From positions 37,882,001 through 37,946,000 of the forward strand of contig OX597837.1 of NCBI GenBank assembly GCA_951406725.2: a stretch of DNA of 64,000 nucleotides, read 5' to 3'. A program made the translations under genes and the position numbers. The notes beneath the pieces were generated by a model. The model was not told the DNA's origin, did no database searches, and saw nothing but the letters and a program-made list of their open reading frames with translations. Of this stretch, positions 37,362-51,949 are shown piece by piece. Origin of the DNA: Octopus vulgaris. Its lineage: Eukaryota. Each line of letters begins with the position of its first letter. Position 1 is the stretch's first letter.

Positions 37362-37730
37362 GGCGGCGAGCTGGTAGAATCGTTAGCACGCCGGGCGAAA
37401 TGCTTATCGGTATTTCGTCTGCCGCTACGTTCTGAGTTCAAATTCCGCCGAGGTCGACTTTGCTTTTCATCCTTTCGGGGTCGATTAAATAAGTACCAGG
37501 TACTGGGGTCGATCTAATCGACTTAATCCCTTTGTCTGTCCTTGTTTGTTCCCTCTATGTTTAGCCCCTTGTGGGTAGTAACAGAAATAGGTATTTCATC
37601 CGTCTATACGTTGTGAGTTCAAATTCCGCGGAGGTTGTCTTTGCCTTTCATCCTTTCGAGGTCAATAACCCAAGTACGTGTTAACCCTTCCCCTGAACTG
37701 ACTGGCCTTGGGCCAAAATTTGCAATCAAT
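37362..37730 (+). mobile_element. SINE-B dimer
   Basis: Head plus headless second unit. Confidence 0.9.
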
Positions 37731-38189
37731 GAATTAATAATCTAAAATTATTAAATTAGATTATTTCTAAAATATTGAAACTCCCAATTGTCACTGTATA
37801 CTTTATTCAGATTTGCATCTAAGCCACAGCATCACAATATGTTTCCACCATCACAGTAAACAATAGCAATACTCATGATGTCGGTGTGTAACTTCCGGTT
37901 AAGATAGCAACGGTGTTGTTATTTTCTTTAGTTTTCTGGAGTCAATCCCTCTAAGGTATTTTAGGGTATTATTCATGTACATTCTACCGTGTGTGTGTAT
38001 GTGTGTGTGTGTGTATGTGTGTGTGTATGTATGTGTGTGTATGTGTGTGTGTGCGTGTGTGTTGGCGTTCATATATTTATATATACATACGTATATACTC
38101 ATACGTACATATATACATACATACGTATATACTCATACACACACAAATATATATATATGCAAATATAAGTATATCTATCTATCTATCTA

Positions 38190-38720
38190 ATTTATCTCGA
38201 ACAACTGCTGTCACGTGTGGGACGAGTCGGTTTATCAGCCGAGTCTATCGTCAATATTGTCACGCCTCCTTCCTTCAAACGGGAAGGAAGAGCTATTTTC
38301 ATCATCCTTGTGGCTATGGCGACGGAATGTATCTGGTGGACGCGTCTGAAAGGATTGGAGACAAACACTTTCCTCTCTGGTCAATCTCTCATCAACTTCT
38401 TCAAGTACCACTTGAAAAGGAAAGTGAGAGTAGAGAGGCAAGTTTTGTCTAGCGAACGTTTAAAAAAAAGATGGGTGAATGTAGCAAGGATGGCACGTAT
38501 GAATGACGAAGCCACCTTGAGCATAATCCTATGAACCCAGAAATTGAAAACAGAGGGTTACCCACTTGCAAACAAATGTGGTAACATATAACAATATTGA
38601 CCGAGGTTACCGTGGTCTTTTTCGTAGGCTTTTCTTCCCACGAATAAACCTTATCTGCTTTCCCCTTTACACCGTACATCATGACACTGTGATACACGAT
38701 CCCTATTGATCGATTTTTTT
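38190..38720 (+). mobile_element. Tx1/L1-like LINE 3' end (ORF 38217-38534)
   Basis: LVAMATECIWWTR..FFKYHLKRKVRVER..KRW resembles a Tx1 ORF2 C-terminus; abuts (CTAT)n. Confidence 0.6.
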
Positions 38721-38724
38721 TCCT

Positions 38725-39065
38725 CTCCCTAAATGTTTAGCGGCATTTCATCCATCCTTATGTCCCGAGTTCAAATTCCACCGGAGTCGACTTTGCCTTT
38801 CATCCTTTCGGGGTCGGTAAAATAAGTACCAGTTGTGTACTGGGGTCTGTGTAATCGGTTTATCCTCTCCCACGAAATTGTCGTCCCTGTGCCAAAATTC
38901 GAAACCCTTATTATTATTATTATGGACGAAGGCAGGTGGTAGAAGCGTTAGCATGCCGGACAAAATGCTTGGTTGAATTTCGTCCGTTTTTACGTTCTGG
39001 GTTCAAGTTCCGCCGAGGTCGACTTTGCCTGTCATCCTTTAAGGGTCGATGAAAGAAGTACCAGT
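38725..39065 (+). mobile_element. Two diverged SINE-B copies
   Basis: gagttcaaattcc..gtcgactttgcctttcatcc. Confidence 0.8.
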
Positions 39066-39074
39066 TGATCTCTA

Positions 39075-39298
39075 GGCCGATGTTATTGATTTCTCCCTTC
39101 GATAATCATACATGTTCTTTCTTTTTCATTCACCACAACAATGTCCAGTTTCCTATCTCTGGTCAGGTGATCACACTGGACCATTGCATCCCACAGGATT
39201 TTGCAGTTCTCATTTTCGGTGACCCTTTCTGGGGTTTTGTTCAAACCACGTCTTTGCTCTTTCTAGGCCGTCATTTCCACAGAGCTCCCAAATGGATC
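39075..39298 (-). mobile_element. R4/Dong-like RLE LINE fragment next to (TAA)n
   Basis: WELC..WFEQ..PERVTENENCKILWD..QCDH..RKLDIVVVNEKERTCMII. Confidence 0.85.
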
Positions 39299-39610
<312 letters not shown>

Positions 39611-39777
39611 ATATTTGACTTTTGCTTTACATTTGTACAAGTTGGTTCCAAGTCTCACCCAGAGACCTCAAGAGACAACAGGTTGGAAGTTCATGTTGTT
39701 GTTATGCCTAGTGTGCCATAAATTTGGTTTTGTATTTGGTGTTGTACTAGCGAATGTCTAAAATAAAACATACGAAA

Positions 39778-39809
<32 letters not shown>

Positions 39810-39919
39810 GTACCAGTAACACACTGGGGTCGATGTAATCGACTAGTCTCCTCCCTCAAAATTTCAGGCCATGTGTCTATCTTAGAAAGGATTATTATTA
39901 TTATTATTATTATTATTAT

Positions 39920-40259
39920 GAAAACTCACAGCTTATTTTGCTGGGTATGACGGAAAGTGTCAGCTGTCCACAACCAGCAGACTAAGGTGACACTTGTTTA
40001 CTGGTCATGCTTCAAGAACTTTGTGAAGAATTCTTGCAGCTCCAAGCAATGCTGATTTTTGTAGGTGTTCTACCTTCACCCTTGCACCAATCTTTTCCAG
40101 CCAAGTTGGTAGTTGAGTGCTGATACTTCCAAGTGCTCCAATTACTAAAGGTATCACGTCTGCTCTCTTCATTGACCACAACCTTCGTATTTCACTCTTT
40201 ATGTTGTCATAGTTGTTTATTTTTTCCTTCTTCTTTCACATTGATTCTGTTGCCATCAG

Positions 40260-40260
<1 letters not shown>
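39920..40260 (-). mobile_element. R4/Dong-like RLE LINE 3' end flanked by (TAA)n
   Basis: EIRRLWSMKRADVIPLVIGALGSI..WLEKIG..LQKSALLGAARILHKVLEA*. Confidence 0.9.
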
Positions 40261-40339
<79 letters not shown>

Positions 40340-40340
<1 letters not shown>

Positions 40341-40677
40341 GAGTGAGAGAGCAGTTCATGCCATCAAAGTGACACTGGGGTAAAATATACGAAGCCCAAT
40401 ATACCCCTCATGACTACCCGTCTGATAAAGGTACACCAGGCACATGCATCACAACCATATGTGCGTGACATGGTGATCTCATATCAAGATAAACAGCGCA
40501 TGACCTTGCAGGTGGGGCCCAGTTAGAATTTTCTTCTGGTTGAGTAGCCCATCCCGCTCAAAAGGTCCCTGAATAAGGGTTGTTTAAGGATGTTGAAAGA
40601 ACCACCCATGTTTCCAACGGTGAATTATTCAAACCCCAAAGAATCCCTCTCAACACATGGCTATGATGCTCCCCCAC

Positions 40678-40678
<1 letters not shown>
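40340..40678 (-). mobile_element. (TAA)n-associated repeat, same family as 3968-4512
   Basis: Reverse-complement similarity. Confidence 0.75.
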
Positions 40679-40736
<58 letters not shown>

Positions 40737-40927
40737 GTCATTTACTTTTAATCTGCGTGTTTGATGCAATCACTTGCCGGGGCACACCCAGCGCCCTAGG
40801 GCAAGTGAAGGTTAAGAGTTGTTGAAAATATAGCTGAAAGCTTGGGAGGGGAAGTAGAGAAATATCTTCATGTAATACAACACAAATATTTACATTGATA
40901 GGCTTTTTCTAAGGATGTGGGCAGTAC

Positions 40928-40930
<3 letters not shown>
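40737..40930 (-). mobile_element. R4/Dong-like extreme 3' end and UTR in (TAA)n
   Basis: STAHILRKSLSM*. Confidence 0.65.
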
Positions 40931-41001
<71 letters not shown>

Positions 41002-41003
<2 letters not shown>

Positions 41004-41228
41004 GGTGGTCAGTTGGCAGAATTGTTAGCACACCGAGAAAAATTCTTAACGGTCCTTCGTCCGTTTTAACGCTCCGATTTCAAATTCCGCCGAGGCCGAC
41101 TTTGCATTTCATCCTTTTGGGGTCGATAAAATAAGTACCAGTCGAACACTGGGGTCGATGTAATCGACTATCCCCCTTCCCAAATTTCAGGTCCTTGTGT
41201 CTATATTAGAAAGGATTATTATTATTAC

Positions 41229-41300
<72 letters not shown>

Positions 41301-41520
41301 CATAAGGCAGCGAACTGGTAGAATCGTCCGCACATCTCACAAAATGCTTACCGGTTTTTCTTCAGGCATTACGTTCTCAGTTCATATGCCGCCAAGATCG
41401 ACTTTACTGTTAATCCGTTCGAGGTCGATAAAATATGTACCAATTGAGAACTGGGGTCGATATAATCGGCTTTCTCCTCTCCTTAAAATTGTTGACCTTG
41501 TGGCAAAATTAGAAAGGTAT
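41002..41520 (+). mobile_element. Two diverged SINE-B copies separated by (TTA)n
   Basis: Heads at 41002 and 41304. Confidence 0.8.
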
Positions 41521-41529
41521 TATGAACGG

Positions 41530-41972
41530 CTGTTTACTGTAGTTGATATTCCGTATAGTGAATCTCATACCGCCAAAGGCGCATTCAAGCGCCAGTTGAT
41601 GTATACCTCGTGAGCTTCATGGAGCTTCATGGATCATTTCACACTCTCTCAAGATCGAAATGAGACAACCAGTGTAACATGAGGTGGTTTTGCATGTTGT
41701 GACGATACCTCACTTGCTGAATATATAGGGGATCGGCAATAAGGTCACTGATGTAGGTCGTCCAGTGTTTCTCTTCCGTTGTGTCCCGTTTTTTGTCAAT
41801 TTGCCTATGGCCTATGTATTTAGGTAGATAATAAAAATCGGAGTGCACTTCGTCGGTGCCCAGCTGGGGAGAGTGTTTCCTCCATTCATCTTTTGATGTT
41901 TTATTTCGCTGGTTTATAGAAAGGCCTTCTTGAGTTTAGCTGATGATGCATTGGTTTTAACTCAATATAAAT
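41530..41972 (-). pseudogene. Penelope-like element reverse transcriptase remnant
   Basis: Across frameshifts: SKDEW..FYYLPK(IH)..GRP(I)ISD..DSLY, matching the PLE motif order FYxLPKIHK / GRPIIS / DxxSLY. Confidence 0.65.
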
Positions 41973-41975
41973 ATA

Positions 41976-42015
41976 CTATACTGATGAGGTCTACTAGACC
42001 GAAACAGGTCCATAA
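41976..42015 (+). ncRNA. Hammerhead motif in probable inverted pLTR
   Basis: CTGATGA-ggtct act agacc-GAAA-cagg-TC; stem I degenerate. Confidence 0.65.
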
Positions 42016-42584
42016 TTGTCCCCTATGCCTGAATACAAAAGTCAAGCTGTTTCATAATCTTGTAAATTAACTGATAAATTTTTAATTTTTAGAAATTATC
42101 TCCCCTGTTCTGTTTCTAACAACTGTTGTTAGGGTTTCATTTGTTCTTTGCGTTTTTTTTTCTACAACTAAAACGTACATATCAATTAATTTATCGACAC
42201 CAAAAGGATGAAAGGCAAAGTCGACCTCAGCGATATACATATTATATAATACATGATATATATAATAACATCAGGCTAGCATACCAGGGGATAGTATATA
42301 TATTCCTATACTTTAAGTACTTAAATATTCATTTAACTGTAGGTACTTTACTCACATATACACCGACACATAGAAAACTACGCGCATATACACAGAGATG
42401 TACACACACACACACATATACATATATATGCACATATATACACTCATATATTTTTTATACATACATATATATATATATATAAGGCATATATTTATGAACA
42501 CACGTATATATATATTCACATATAATCATATATATATATATATACACACATATATACATGTATATGTATATATATGTATGCATG

Positions 42585-42618
<34 letters not shown>

Positions 42619-43110
42619 TAAGCATATATATATATACATGTATATATATGTATGTAATATTATATATACATACATACATATATATATATATGTTTATATG
42701 TATGTAAGCATATATATATATACATGTATATATATGTATGTAATATTATATATACATACATACATATATATATATATGTTTATATGTATGTGTGCGTAAA
42801 TAAATATATATAATAAACACACACACGCACGCATTCATGCATTCGAACATACACACACACAGAAGGTACAACCACCACCACCACCACCACCACCACCACC
42901 GCCACCGCCACCGTCACCGCTATCGCCGCCATCTTAACACTGTTACTCGCCATTATTTGTCTTTCTGCGGTGAGAATTAATAAATAGTGATTCGTCTCAG
43001 TCAACGCAGTCATGTGATTTACTTCCTTTTGGCGATATACAGCAGCTTCCACAGAATTGGTTTTTACTTTCCGTCATGCGCACTTGAATATATGTGTGTG
43101 TGTGTGTATG

Positions 43111-43181
<71 letters not shown>

Positions 43182-43619
43182 GTGTGTGTGTGTGTGTGCG
43201 TGTATATATATATATATATTTATACACACATATGCATACGCACTCTCACACATACGTGCTTGCATGCATACTTATAGTTATATATATACATAGACATACA
43301 TATATACCCATACACGCACGCGCACACATACACACACTTGAATACACTATACATGTCCATGTGTGTGAGTGTGTATGCGCATGATGCGTATATATATATA
43401 TGTGTCTATATATATATATATATATAAATATATACATATATATACTCATATATGTGTGTGTGTGTGTGTCTGTACGTATCTATGTACATATGTATGTATG
43501 AGTGTGTGTGTGTATGTATGTATATATTGAAGCATGTATATAGAATGTACATATGTATATATGCATGAGTGTATGCATGTGTGTATACGTAAACGCACAC
43601 ACACAGACACACATATATG

Positions 43620-43840
43620 GTTCAAAATTGCACAAAACGAACAATATAAAGCAAAATACAATCCACAGGTGAAGGAACGAAAACAAGGTGTTAATTGTCT
43701 GACACTTAGGAAAAATGGGAGAAATGTTTGACGTTTCGAGCCTAAGCTCTTCAGCAGAAAGGAATGAGGAAAGGAAACGGATGGAGGAAGAGGGCGGTGG
43801 GGGAAGAAACGGAATGAAAACGTTTTTGGAGTAACAGCTG
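43620..43840 (-). mobile_element. Family E diverged copy with hammerhead-like motif (43726-43761)
   Basis: ttt-CTGCTGA-A-gagc ttag gctc-GAAA-cg-TC-aaa. Confidence 0.65.
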
Positions 43841-43875
43841 CATATATATGTATATATGTGCGTGTGTATGTATGT

Positions 43876-43949
<74 letters not shown>

Positions 43950-44488
43950 GTATATATATATATGTATATATATGTATATATATGTATATATATATGCATA
44001 TATGTGGACATATATATATATATATAAATGCGTGTGTATCGTGTGTATATGCATATGTGTGTGCAGAAAGTTGTAATAATTGTAATAATAATGAAGATGA
44101 TATTGATAATGATGATGATGATATTATTATTATGATCAATAATGTTAGATTGACCATCTTCATAACAGTATATCTATCTATCTATATACATACACACATA
44201 CATACATACACGCATACATACATACATACATACATATACGCACACACACATACATACACACTCATTCATACATACATACATACATACATACATACATACA
44301 TACGTACATACATACATACATACATACATACATACATACGTACATACATACATACATACATACATACATACATACATACATACATACGTACGTACATACA
44401 TACATACATACATACATACGTACATACATACATACATACATACATACATACAGACGTACATACATACATACATACATACATACATACA

Positions 44489-44522
<34 letters not shown>

Positions 44523-44672
44523 CATAGTTATACACACATATATTTCCAATTCACTGATATAACTTTCGTATAAGTTTATGCTGTTGTACTTTATATATCT
44601 ACATATATAAACCACACGTACATATAAACATACATATACGCATATGTACACATACATATATACGTACACACA

Positions 44673-44715
<43 letters not shown>

Positions 44716-44874
44716 ATGTGTGATTTCTTGGCGTTCTTTTCAGTTTTTTAGCCTCTCCCCATGATTTATATATGTATATATATGTTTGTGTGTGTGTATA
44801 TATACATATCTATAGATGTATGTATGTATCTATTTGTCTGTCTGTTTGTCTGCATAAATTTAAATGTAAAAATA

Positions 44875-45073
44875 TATTCTTTTATTCTTTTACTTCAGTC
44901 ATTTGACTGCGGCCATGCTGGAGCATCGCCTTTAGTCGAACAAATCGACTCCAAAACTTATTATTTGTAAGCGCAGTACTTATTCTATCGGTCTCCTTTG
45001 CCGAACCGCTAATTTACAGGGACGTGATCACACCAACATCGGTTGTCAAGCGATGGTGGGAACACAAACATAG

Positions 45074-45108
<35 letters not shown>

Positions 45109-45296
45109 CACACACACACACATATATATGATGGGCTTCTTTCAGTTTCCGTCTACCAAATCCACTCACAAAGCTTTGGTCGTCGGCTCGAGGTTATAGT
45201 GCAAGACACTTGCCCAAGATGACACGCAGTGGGACTGAACCCGGTACCATGTGGTTGGTAAACAAGCTACTTACCACCCAGCTACTCCTGCGCCTA
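44875..45296 (-). mobile_element. SINE-A full length
   Basis: Reverse complement of the reference copy. Confidence 0.92.
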
Positions 45297-45388
45297 TAGC
45301 CACTTATATAATTTTATATAAGTATACATATATATATTCATACATACATATATACATACATACACACACACACACGCATATATATATG

Positions 45389-45451
<63 letters not shown>

Positions 45452-45889
45452 GTATAATATACATACATATATATATATCATACATACATACATATGTACA
45501 TACATACATATTACACACACACAGCACACATACATATATATGATAGTGTGTTCCATAGACGGTAACCGAAAATCACGTGCCATTCAATAACGTCATGAAC
45601 TCTCACCCCGCCTCTTCCCCCTCGCTCCCATGTTGCTGCTCTACACCTCTCTCGCTCTATCTTCACTTTCTCTCTCTCTCTATTTCTGTAATTCCTCCTC
45701 CTCCTTCCTCCTCCTTCCTCTTTCCTCTTCCTCTGACTCTCACAGGAGCTGATAATAATATCACAAATGAAGTCTTATGACCAGAACTGTTTGCAGGTTT
45801 CCAGGTACGACGATTGGCATATTAGCTTTCAAACCTCTATTCACCCCCTCAATAATGCAGAATCTGATATAAGCACGCACGCACACACA

Positions 45890-45926
<37 letters not shown>

Positions 45927-45981
45927 ACACACACACACACACACACACACGTACATACACACACACGCACACACGTACATA

Positions 45982-46041
<60 letters not shown>

Positions 46042-46911
46042 CGCACAAACACACACACACACACACGTACATACAAATACACGCGCACACACAAACACAC
46101 ACGTACATACACTCATACACACAAACACGCAGACACGCATACACGCACACACACGTATATACAAATACAGGAGCACACGCACACACTCATGCAATCATAC
46201 ATACACACGCGCAGATAGGCAAAACACACACACACAAACAGTCATGTATATATATATACACACACACTCGCACACACAAACAAGCTCACAAACACACACG
46301 CGCACGTAGACACACACACACACACACATGAAGACAAACTCACGCGCACACACACATGCAAACACACGCGCACAGGCGCATACACATACGCACACACACA
46401 AATACAAACACACACAAACATGCACAAACACACACATACAAAAGCACACACCCATAGGCGCACACAGATACATGTTATCTTATATATGTTTTATGATTTT
46501 ACCTGCTTCACTCTTTGGTTATTGGAACTGTGAGCGGCCATGCTGGGGCACCACCTAGAAGGATTCTTAATCGCATAAACTGACCCGAATTTTATAAGAT
46601 CTGGCCCTTATTCTGTCACGGGGACTGAAACCACCAGTTGTCAAGCGGTCGTAAGGATAGCACAAAAACACACACACACACACAAACATGTGTATACACA
46701 TACACACATAAATGTGCGCGCGAGCGCGTGTGATTTTTGTGCCGGCGTTTGTTCCACACCAACGCTTGACAACCAGTTTTGGTGTGTTTAGGTCCTCCCG
46801 TGAGATTGCGGTTCGGCAAGGGAAACCGATGGAATAACTATTAGGCCTTAACAAAAGTGCCCCAGCATGGCCACAGCTTAATGACTGAAACAAACAAAAG
46901 AAATATATACA

Positions 46912-46980
<69 letters not shown>

Positions 46981-46983
<3 letters not shown>

Positions 46984-47112
46984 AGAGTTTACGAAAAAAG
47001 CAAAAGACGAAGACAGGTGGTGCACAAAACAAACAGATGTATTAGTATAACGCTCAGGAATAGAAAAAGGTTTTTACGTTTCGAGCCTACGCTCTTCTAC
47101 AGAAAGGGACAC
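46981..47112 (-). mobile_element. Family E element with hammerhead-like motif (47071-47106)
   Basis: ttt-CTGTAGA-A-gagc gtag gctc-GAAA-cg-TA-aaa. Confidence 0.65.
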
Positions 47113-47479
47113 ATGCAGTCACTTGTGTGCGCAATTTAGCAATGCATAGTGAAGCGGTTAAAAGTTTGGCTTCGCAGTCACGAGGTAGCCGGGTTCGATA
47201 CCATCGCCTCGTACCTTAGGCAAATGCGTTTTACCATTAGCCCCCGGATAAGTAAATTTCATAAGTGAAATTGGGGAAACGAAAATCTACCTCCAAAGCT
47301 CGTTGGAACGATTGTATCTGCAATTCAAATACCCAGCATTGCCATGGGTTTTATGAAGATGATTCCACGGGAGAGTTACATTAATGGTACTCATGTCTAT
47401 GGAATATTCAACCACTTAGGTGGCGCTTAGATCAAACGTTGAGTGTTTTGTCATAGCTGAGAGTTAAGCGGCTTAGCTA

Positions 47480-48290
47480 AAATTTTGGGTTAAAAGCCAT
47501 AGGGTTAAATGTCCCCATTGCAATTTAGAATTTGCTGTCTTGCTCACAAGTGAAGGTTAAGTGACTTGGTCACGATTTAGGTTTAAGTGCCTGGGACAGC
47601 GCCGAGGGTTAAATGATTTCGTCACGTTTTAAGGCTAACCGGTCACAAATTATGGTTAACTGTCAATTCTGGGTTATGGTATTTGATCACGGAGTAGGGT
47701 TTAATGTCTTGGACACAATTGAGGGTCAAATGTCTTGGTGACCCTTTAGGGTTTACTGTCTAGGTTGCAATTTAGAATTAGATGTCTTTATAATAATTTA
47801 GGGTGAATGTCTTGGCCACAATTAGATGTCATCATGATAATTTAGGGTTAACTGTTTTAGACATAATTTAAGGTTGAAGGTGTAGGTCACTATTTAGGGT
47901 TAAATATTTTTGTGACAATTTAGGGTTAAGGTCTTGGTGGCAATTTAGGATTAAGGGATTTGGGAACAATTTAGGCTTAAATGACTTGATTAACATTTGT
48001 GGTTAAACTTGGGGACAAGTTAGGGTTAACTGTTTAAGTATAATTTGGGTTAAAAGTTTTGGTTACCATTTAGAGGTAAGTGTCTTGGGGTCAAAAGTAA
48101 GGTTAAATGTCATGGTTAAAATTTAGAGTCAAGTACCTTGGTCATTAAAAAATAGGTTTGAGAATTTTGGCCATTGTTGAGAGTTATGTCTTGGTCACAC
48201 TTGGCGGCTTAGTGTTTTGGCCCTAATTGAGGGCTTATTGTCTTGATTCAGGATTAAATTTATTGGGTACAGCAAGAGGTTGAATACTTT
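47480..48290 (+). repeat. Degenerate 26-bp minisatellite with TTAGGG core
   Basis: Consensus approx. aatttagggttaaatgtcttggtcac, about 30 units. Confidence 0.85.
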
Positions 48291-48977
48291 ATTAAAAGTT
48301 GATATGATGTTGTTTTAGTCATCATCGAATCTTAAACGTTTTTCGAAACAGACAACTTGTTTCTGGCTTCTCTCAAGCCATCAAATTCATTATGCGGTAG
48401 CATATTTTCGTATTTCCTAGGCCCCTAAGCCATTGAGCCATTGCAAGACTCCTCCCTCAAACGGACGTCTGTCCGCCGTAGGATCAAAACCTCCAACTAT
48501 TAGTGCTACACATTGTCAACTGAGCGGACTAATGCAGTGAGGAACGAAGTGTCTTGCTCAAGAACACGTCACTCGTTGCAAGAACTTGACTGACGGCCGA
48601 ACGATCGCAAGCTTAACACACTAACCGCTAGGCACCCGATGTTCGCTGTTTAGGGTACACAATTAAGATACAGACTTGTATTGTTAGGGAGCCCCATGGT
48701 CCATATTCAAACATTAAAAAATGCTTTAAAAACTCTTCCGATTAAAGAATAAGTCCAAATTTGGTAAAATAAATGTATTATAATTATATACGTATGAGTG
48801 TATAAGTGTATGGGGTGGTTAACTCCCGTATCAGTACATAGACTTGTGCTATGTTTGTGGCTACAAGGGTCTTTGACTCTTATTTCTAGCAATGTAGGTG
48901 CTACAATGCACACTCAGTCTCTGTTAGTGACGACTGAATTCTTCGTTTTTGGTTTTATATTACATTCAGCCATCTTC

Positions 48978-49018
<41 letters not shown>

Positions 49019-49068
49019 CTGTATTGGTGTATGAGTATGTATATGTACAATATATGTATATATGTGTG

Positions 49069-49166
<98 letters not shown>

Positions 49167-49254
49167 TCTGTCTATGTATGTATGTATGTATGTATGTATG
49201 TATGTATGTATCTATCTATCTATCTATCTATCTATCTGTCTATGTATGTATGTA

Positions 49255-49299
<45 letters not shown>

Positions 49300-49338
49300 G
49301 TCTATGTATGTATGTATGTATGTATGTATGTATGTATG

Positions 49339-49394
<56 letters not shown>

Positions 49395-49576
49395 GATCTA
49401 TCTTTCTCTGGGGTCGGTCAAATCGATACAGACACCTCTGATTAGAACCTAATGAGGTTCGAAAATCGATTTATGATGTTTATCATTTTCCAATTTACGA
49501 AGAAATGGTTAACCATGTTTGTATATCTACCACTTAAGTTTACACGCGCACACGCATTTACACGCGCGCGCGCACA

Positions 49577-49616
<40 letters not shown>

Positions 49617-49622
<6 letters not shown>

Positions 49623-49742
49623 GTTGTATACTGTCAATCTAACACGAACGTGACAGTAGGGGGTACACCACCGCTGTTTAGCCCTAGGAAGCATCGACGC
49701 CTCCTGATGGCTTTGACACACTTTTCCTGTGTCCATGTGTCC
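49617..49742 (-). mobile_element. Four-hairpin module element in (TA)n
   Basis: Shares gctgt..tagccc..ggag/ctcc..ggct..gacaca layout with 18860-18965. Confidence 0.6.
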
Positions 49743-49999
49743 ATATATATATATATATATATATGTATGTGTATGTATATATGCATGTACCTGCATATAA
49801 GCATACTCGCATAGCACAAACTCCTACATTTGGAGTAATCATACCCGAATATCCACAGGTACACATTTACATACGTACAGCTTCATACACACACTTCTAT
49901 CTTCATAGATTACAAACCTTCATGCATTCATGCAAACACACACACACACTCACACGCAAGCAAATGTACACATACAGATCTAAGGAAAAAATTGGCGGT

Positions 50000-51230
50000 A
50001 ATTTAAAAGCATTTAAAAATTTCAACATAATTTAGAAATTTCAACTCCTCAGAACCCCGGAAAATAAAATAAAAAAAACTTGCGAGAAGGGCTTAAATTT
50101 CAGTTGGGACAGCATTTGAAGGTTTTAGTATAATATAGAATATTAAATGCCCAGGAAACTTCAAAAGCAGTTATTGGGAATGGCTTTAAATTTAATTTAT
50201 ATTCAAAGCGTTTGAGAAACCCAACATTATATAGAAAATTAACTGCTTAGAGAACCCGAAAAAGAACTTCTTTGAAGGGTTCAATTTGGGTTGGGGAAGC
50301 ATCTAAGGGTCTTAACATGATATCGAAAATTAACTGCTCAGAGTACCCTAAAAGAAACTTCTGTGCAGTGATTAAATCTAGATTAGGGTAGTTAAGTATG
50401 TCCGCTGGACCTTAATGTTTCGAGATCTACTATTCATAGGACCAATGGGGGGGGGGGACACAGACACACATACACACGCACACATACACACAGACATATA
50501 TACGATGGGCTCCTTTCAGTTTTACTCTACCAAATCCACTCAGAAGGCTTTGGTCGGCCCGAGGCTATAATACAAGACACTTGCCCAAGATGTCACGTAG
50601 TGAGACTCACCCCAGAACCATGTGGTTTCCCTGGTGTATAGGTGACCGAGACAATATTTCCCCCTAAACGGGGTATCAGTCGATTGCAGGGATACTCGTC
50701 TACAGCTGAGAAAAGAGTAGCAACGGGAAATGAAGTGTTTTGCGCAAGAACACAACGCACTATCCGGTCCGGAAATCAAAACCACAAACCCCTGGGCCAC
50801 GCACCTTCACCAGCTGTTAAAATTCTCAAAATAATATAGAAATCTCGCCTCTCAAAGAATCCCCAAAGGAACCTCTGTGAAGGGCTTAACCCATATATGC
50901 CCATAAAAAAAGCGAGATCTTCATATTTCACTGTATTTATATTAAACATGGTAAACTTTCATAATCTGGAAGAGAAGGACAGTGTGCAACTGTTAGCTGC
51001 GGGTATCGACTACCTACTAAGCATTTCGTATGCGCAGTCAGATGTTTCTCGGCGAGTTCATGTCCAAACAAGTAGGAGCAGGTTTCGCGTTGCGAAAACA
51101 CAACCAGGGGTATATATATATGGGTTTTATATCTGAGTCGAGGTAACATTTATGTCCCAAAATACAATAAAAACCTCGCCCTTCAGACAACCCTAAAAGG
51201 GGATTCTGCGCAGTGTTTTAAACTGGTTTC
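50000..51230. repeat. Degenerate approx. 91-103-bp tandem array interrupted by SINE-A/C fragments
   Basis: Units begin near 50008, 50111, 50207, 50298; further units near 50812 and 51160. Confidence 0.7.
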
Positions 51231-51283
51231 CTTTATGATCCCTAATGTCAGATGTATGGGCATCTTAATGCTTGCTGATTCCT

Positions 51284-51355
<72 letters not shown>

Positions 51356-51649
51356 AGCTTACAATATTCTTGAATGGATTTACAGCTTTTTTTTTTTTAC
51401 CAAAATTCCAGACAATGATGTGATTTTACCTTCCAGGTTGTATTCAAAGAATTCTTCTATGATATGATACGTAGAAGATATGGCTGCTATTGCTCATAGA
51501 TCGAATGGTTGCGTTGAGGTTCCCTTGTTTATTCGAACCCTTGTTTTCGATCCATGTTAGAGATTACCGGTTTTGCTCTATGTATGTACGTGCGTATGTA
51601 TGTATGTATGTATGTATGTATGTATGTATGTATGTATGTATGTATGTAT

Positions 51650-51846
51650 GTTTCAAGAGACATTTTAAGATCCACAAAGTGCAGAATTTATCTCCGGCTC
51701 TTGGTGGTCCAAATCGGAGGTGCAATCTATGTGGGTGTCTTTTCAGGACATTGTCTGGTTTAAAAATATACACTAGTTGCCACGATGGTGCTAAGGTGCA
51801 GGTGCAGGAGGTGGTCAAACTCTGCATGAGGAGTAGACAATCATCA
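51650..51846 (+). mobile_element. RTE-like LINE 3' end with C2H2-like finger, inside (TATG)n
   Basis: CNLCGCLFRTLSGLKIYTSCH. Confidence 0.55.
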
Positions 51847-51949
51847 TGTATGTATGTATGTATGTATATATGTATGTATATATGTATATATGTATGTATG
51901 TATGTATGCTAATTTTGGGTTCCACGGCCTATGATTATGTTTCATCTGT

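Noticed and set aside
38217-38534. 105-aa non-repetitive ORF as a host gene
   Set aside because: Lacks an ATG start and resembles a truncated Tx1/L1 ORF2 C-terminus.
47480-48290. CRISPR-like or true telomeric array
   Set aside because: Units are contiguous degenerate tandem copies without unique spacers, and TTAGGG is not tandem.
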